DNA of 17,496 nt from Candidatus Krumholzibacteriia bacterium (GTDB lineage: Bacteria; Krumholzibacteriota; Krumholzibacteriia; WVZY01), in assembly GCA_046754105.1 (NCBI GenBank), contig JBHHVD010000068.1, positions 1 through 17,496 of the forward strand. The letters are read 5' to 3'. The position numbers were made by a program, and so were the translations under genes. Each line of letters begins with the position of its first letter. Position 1 is the stretch's first letter. Under the pieces are notes generated by a model, which saw nothing but the letters and a program-made list of their open reading frames with translations, did not search any database and was not told where the DNA came from. Of the stretch, positions 16,008-17,496 are shown one piece after another.

Positions 16008-17207
16008 CTACCTCCCTTCTGCCGCTTTTGCCTGCGCGAGGCCTAGCAATTCACGAATACGCGGCTGGACAACCTCTCCCTCTTTGGCGACCAGCGTGTC
16101 ACGAACGATCTCATCCTCCATGTCCAGCTGCACGGCGCCGTCCTTGACCATATTGAGAAAGAACGTCGTGATGTTTTTTGCATACATCTGGCTGGCGTGA
16201 TACGGGATGGTCGAGGCGATGTTGAGCGGGCCCGCAATCGTAACCCCGCCCGCATCGGCCGTTTCGCCGGGCTCGGTGAGTTCGCAGTTACCTCCTCGCT
16301 CGGCGGCCAGGTCCACGATGACCGACCCGGGCGCCATCCCCTCGACCATGTCCCGGGTAATGAGCACCGGTGATTTCTTGCCGGGAATGGCTGCGGTCGT
16401 GATCACCACGTCGTTCTTGGCCACCACGCGGGTCATGAGCTCGCGCTGCCTGGCGTAGAACGCCTCGTCCATCGCCTTCGCGTAACCGCCCTTGTCCTCG
16501 GATTCACCGGCCTGGATATCCATCTCCACGAATTTCGCGCCGAGGCTCTCGACCTGTTCCTTCACGGCCGGCCGCACGTCGTAGGCGCTGACCACCGCGC
16601 CGAGCCGCTTGGCGGTGGCGATCGCCTGCAATCCCGCCACGCCCGCGCCGATGACGAACGCCCTTGCCGGCGCGATGGTACCGGCCGCGGTCATGAACAT
16701 GGGGAATATCTTCGGAAGCAGGTCGGCGGCGACCAGGACCGCCTTGTAGCCGGCGATCGTCGCCATCGACGACAGGACATCCATGCTCTGCGCGCGTGTG
16801 ATACGCGGCAGCAGCTCGAGGGAAAAAAGCATCGCGCCCGCCTCGGCCACCTCTTTCGACAGGGCGGGCTCGCCGAGGGACTCGGTGAAGCCGATCACCA
16901 TCTGGTCCTTCTTCATCATGCCCAGATCGGCGCGTCCGACCTCGGGGTTGGCACCGAACGTCCGCACCTGGAACACCGCCTGCGCGTTCCTGAAAACCTC
17001 TTCGCGGCCGGACACGATCGCGGCGCCCTTCGCGGTGAACTGCTCGTCGGGGATGCCTGCTTCGAGACCCGCTCCGGTCTCGACCTGGACCGTGATTCCG
17101 GCCTTCTTCAGGGCGGGAATCACGTCGGGGATGAGCGCCACCCTCCGTTCCCCGGGAAAGGTCTCCCGTGGAACTCCCACAATGATCGTCTTGCCTTGTT
17201 CGGTCAT
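16008..17207 (-). CDS. pntA1: NAD(P) transhydrogenase alpha subunit part 1 (domain I)
   Basis: GVPRETFPGERRVA, PRITRAQSMDVLSS, GAGVAGLQA, GGYAK and DLAAERGGNC. Start MTEQGK with RBS AGGAG. Confidence 0.96.
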   Translation of the reverse strand: MTEQGKTIIVGVPRETFPGERRVALIPDVIPALKKAGITVQVETGAGLEAGIPDEQFTAKGAAIVSGREEVFRNAQAVFQVRTFGANPEVGRADLGMMKKDQMVIGFTESLGEPALSKEVAEAGAMLFSLELLPRITRAQSMDVLSSMATIAGYKAVLVAADLLPKIFPMFMTAAGTIAPARAFVIGAGVAGLQAIATAKRLGAVVSAYDVRPAVKEQVESLGAKFVEMDIQAGESEDKGGYAKAMDEAFYARQRELMTRVVAKNDVVITTAAIPGKKSPVLITRDMVEGMAPGSVIVDLAAERGGNCELTEPGETADAGGVTIAGPLNIASTIPYHASQMYAKNITTFFLNMVKDGAVQLDMEDEIVRDTLVAKEGEVVQPRIRELLGLAQAKAAEGR

Positions 17208-17337
17208 CGCAACCGCTCCTCTCGTTACCGCCACCGGGGACCCGGCCCTGTTGCGGCCGCGTGCACGCCGGCGCAAAGCCACGGTAACTTACTGAATAAA
17301 TGTTGGTTATATGTGTCGGTTCAGGATAGCTCAGGGT

Positions 17338-17382
17338 AAAATAACACGATTTGCGGAAGGGAGAAAGTGAAAAATCACACGA
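17338..17382. promoter_or_regulatory. Repeated candidate operator upstream of the pnt operon
   Basis: AAAATAACACGA (17338-17349) and AAAATCACACGA (17371-17382), 11/12 identical and 33 bp apart. Confidence 0.35.
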
Positions 17383-17496
17383 ATCGCCGCCACCCGTGTC
17401 CGGCGGCGAGGGCCCCGGTGGGGTCCCCGCCGCACGGCTGGAGCAGGCGAGTCAGCTTTCCATACTATCCATACTAGAACATATAGAAACGGCTGG

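Noticed and set aside
17250..17285. sigma54 promoter for pnt
   Set aside because: GG-N10-GC spacings occur, but flanking bases deviate from TGGCAC/TTGC and are expected by chance at this GC content.
1..17496. CRISPR arrays, tRNA/rRNA genes, transposases, integrases or defence genes
   Set aside because: No repeat-spacer periodicity, cloverleaf or rRNA signatures, or recombinase/nuclease motifs were seen.

Overview
GC-rich bacterial chromosomal window with no mobile element, tRNA/rRNA or CRISPR. The C25-type secreted protein and Ig/FN3-rich lipoprotein suggest an FCB-related candidate lineage such as Krumholzibacteria/Latescibacteria (inference only). In coordinate order: 5' end of a C25/gingipain-propeptide protein (-), clpB (-), a multidomain lipoprotein metzincin (-), a three-gene minus-strand unit (transcribed as ParA/Soj ATPase fused to an AMPK-beta-type CBM48 glycogen-binding domain, then a Walker-A-less MinD/ParA-like protein, then a 109-aa hypothetical), a DUF212 protein (-), an SCP2/archaeal-type thiolase lacking the nucleophilic Cys plus a DUF35 partner (+), an orphan family-5 ABC substrate-binding lipoprotein (-), rlmI, a degenerate ychF, a Rieske ferredoxin and three-subunit transhydrogenase genes (all -). 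The best candidate for an undescribed system is the ParA-CBM48 operon, possibly a glycogen-granule positioning or glucan-sensing system, whose leader has terminator/antiterminator logic. A structured RNA candidate precedes the ABC binding protein, and clpB has a sigma54/IHF-type promoter layout.
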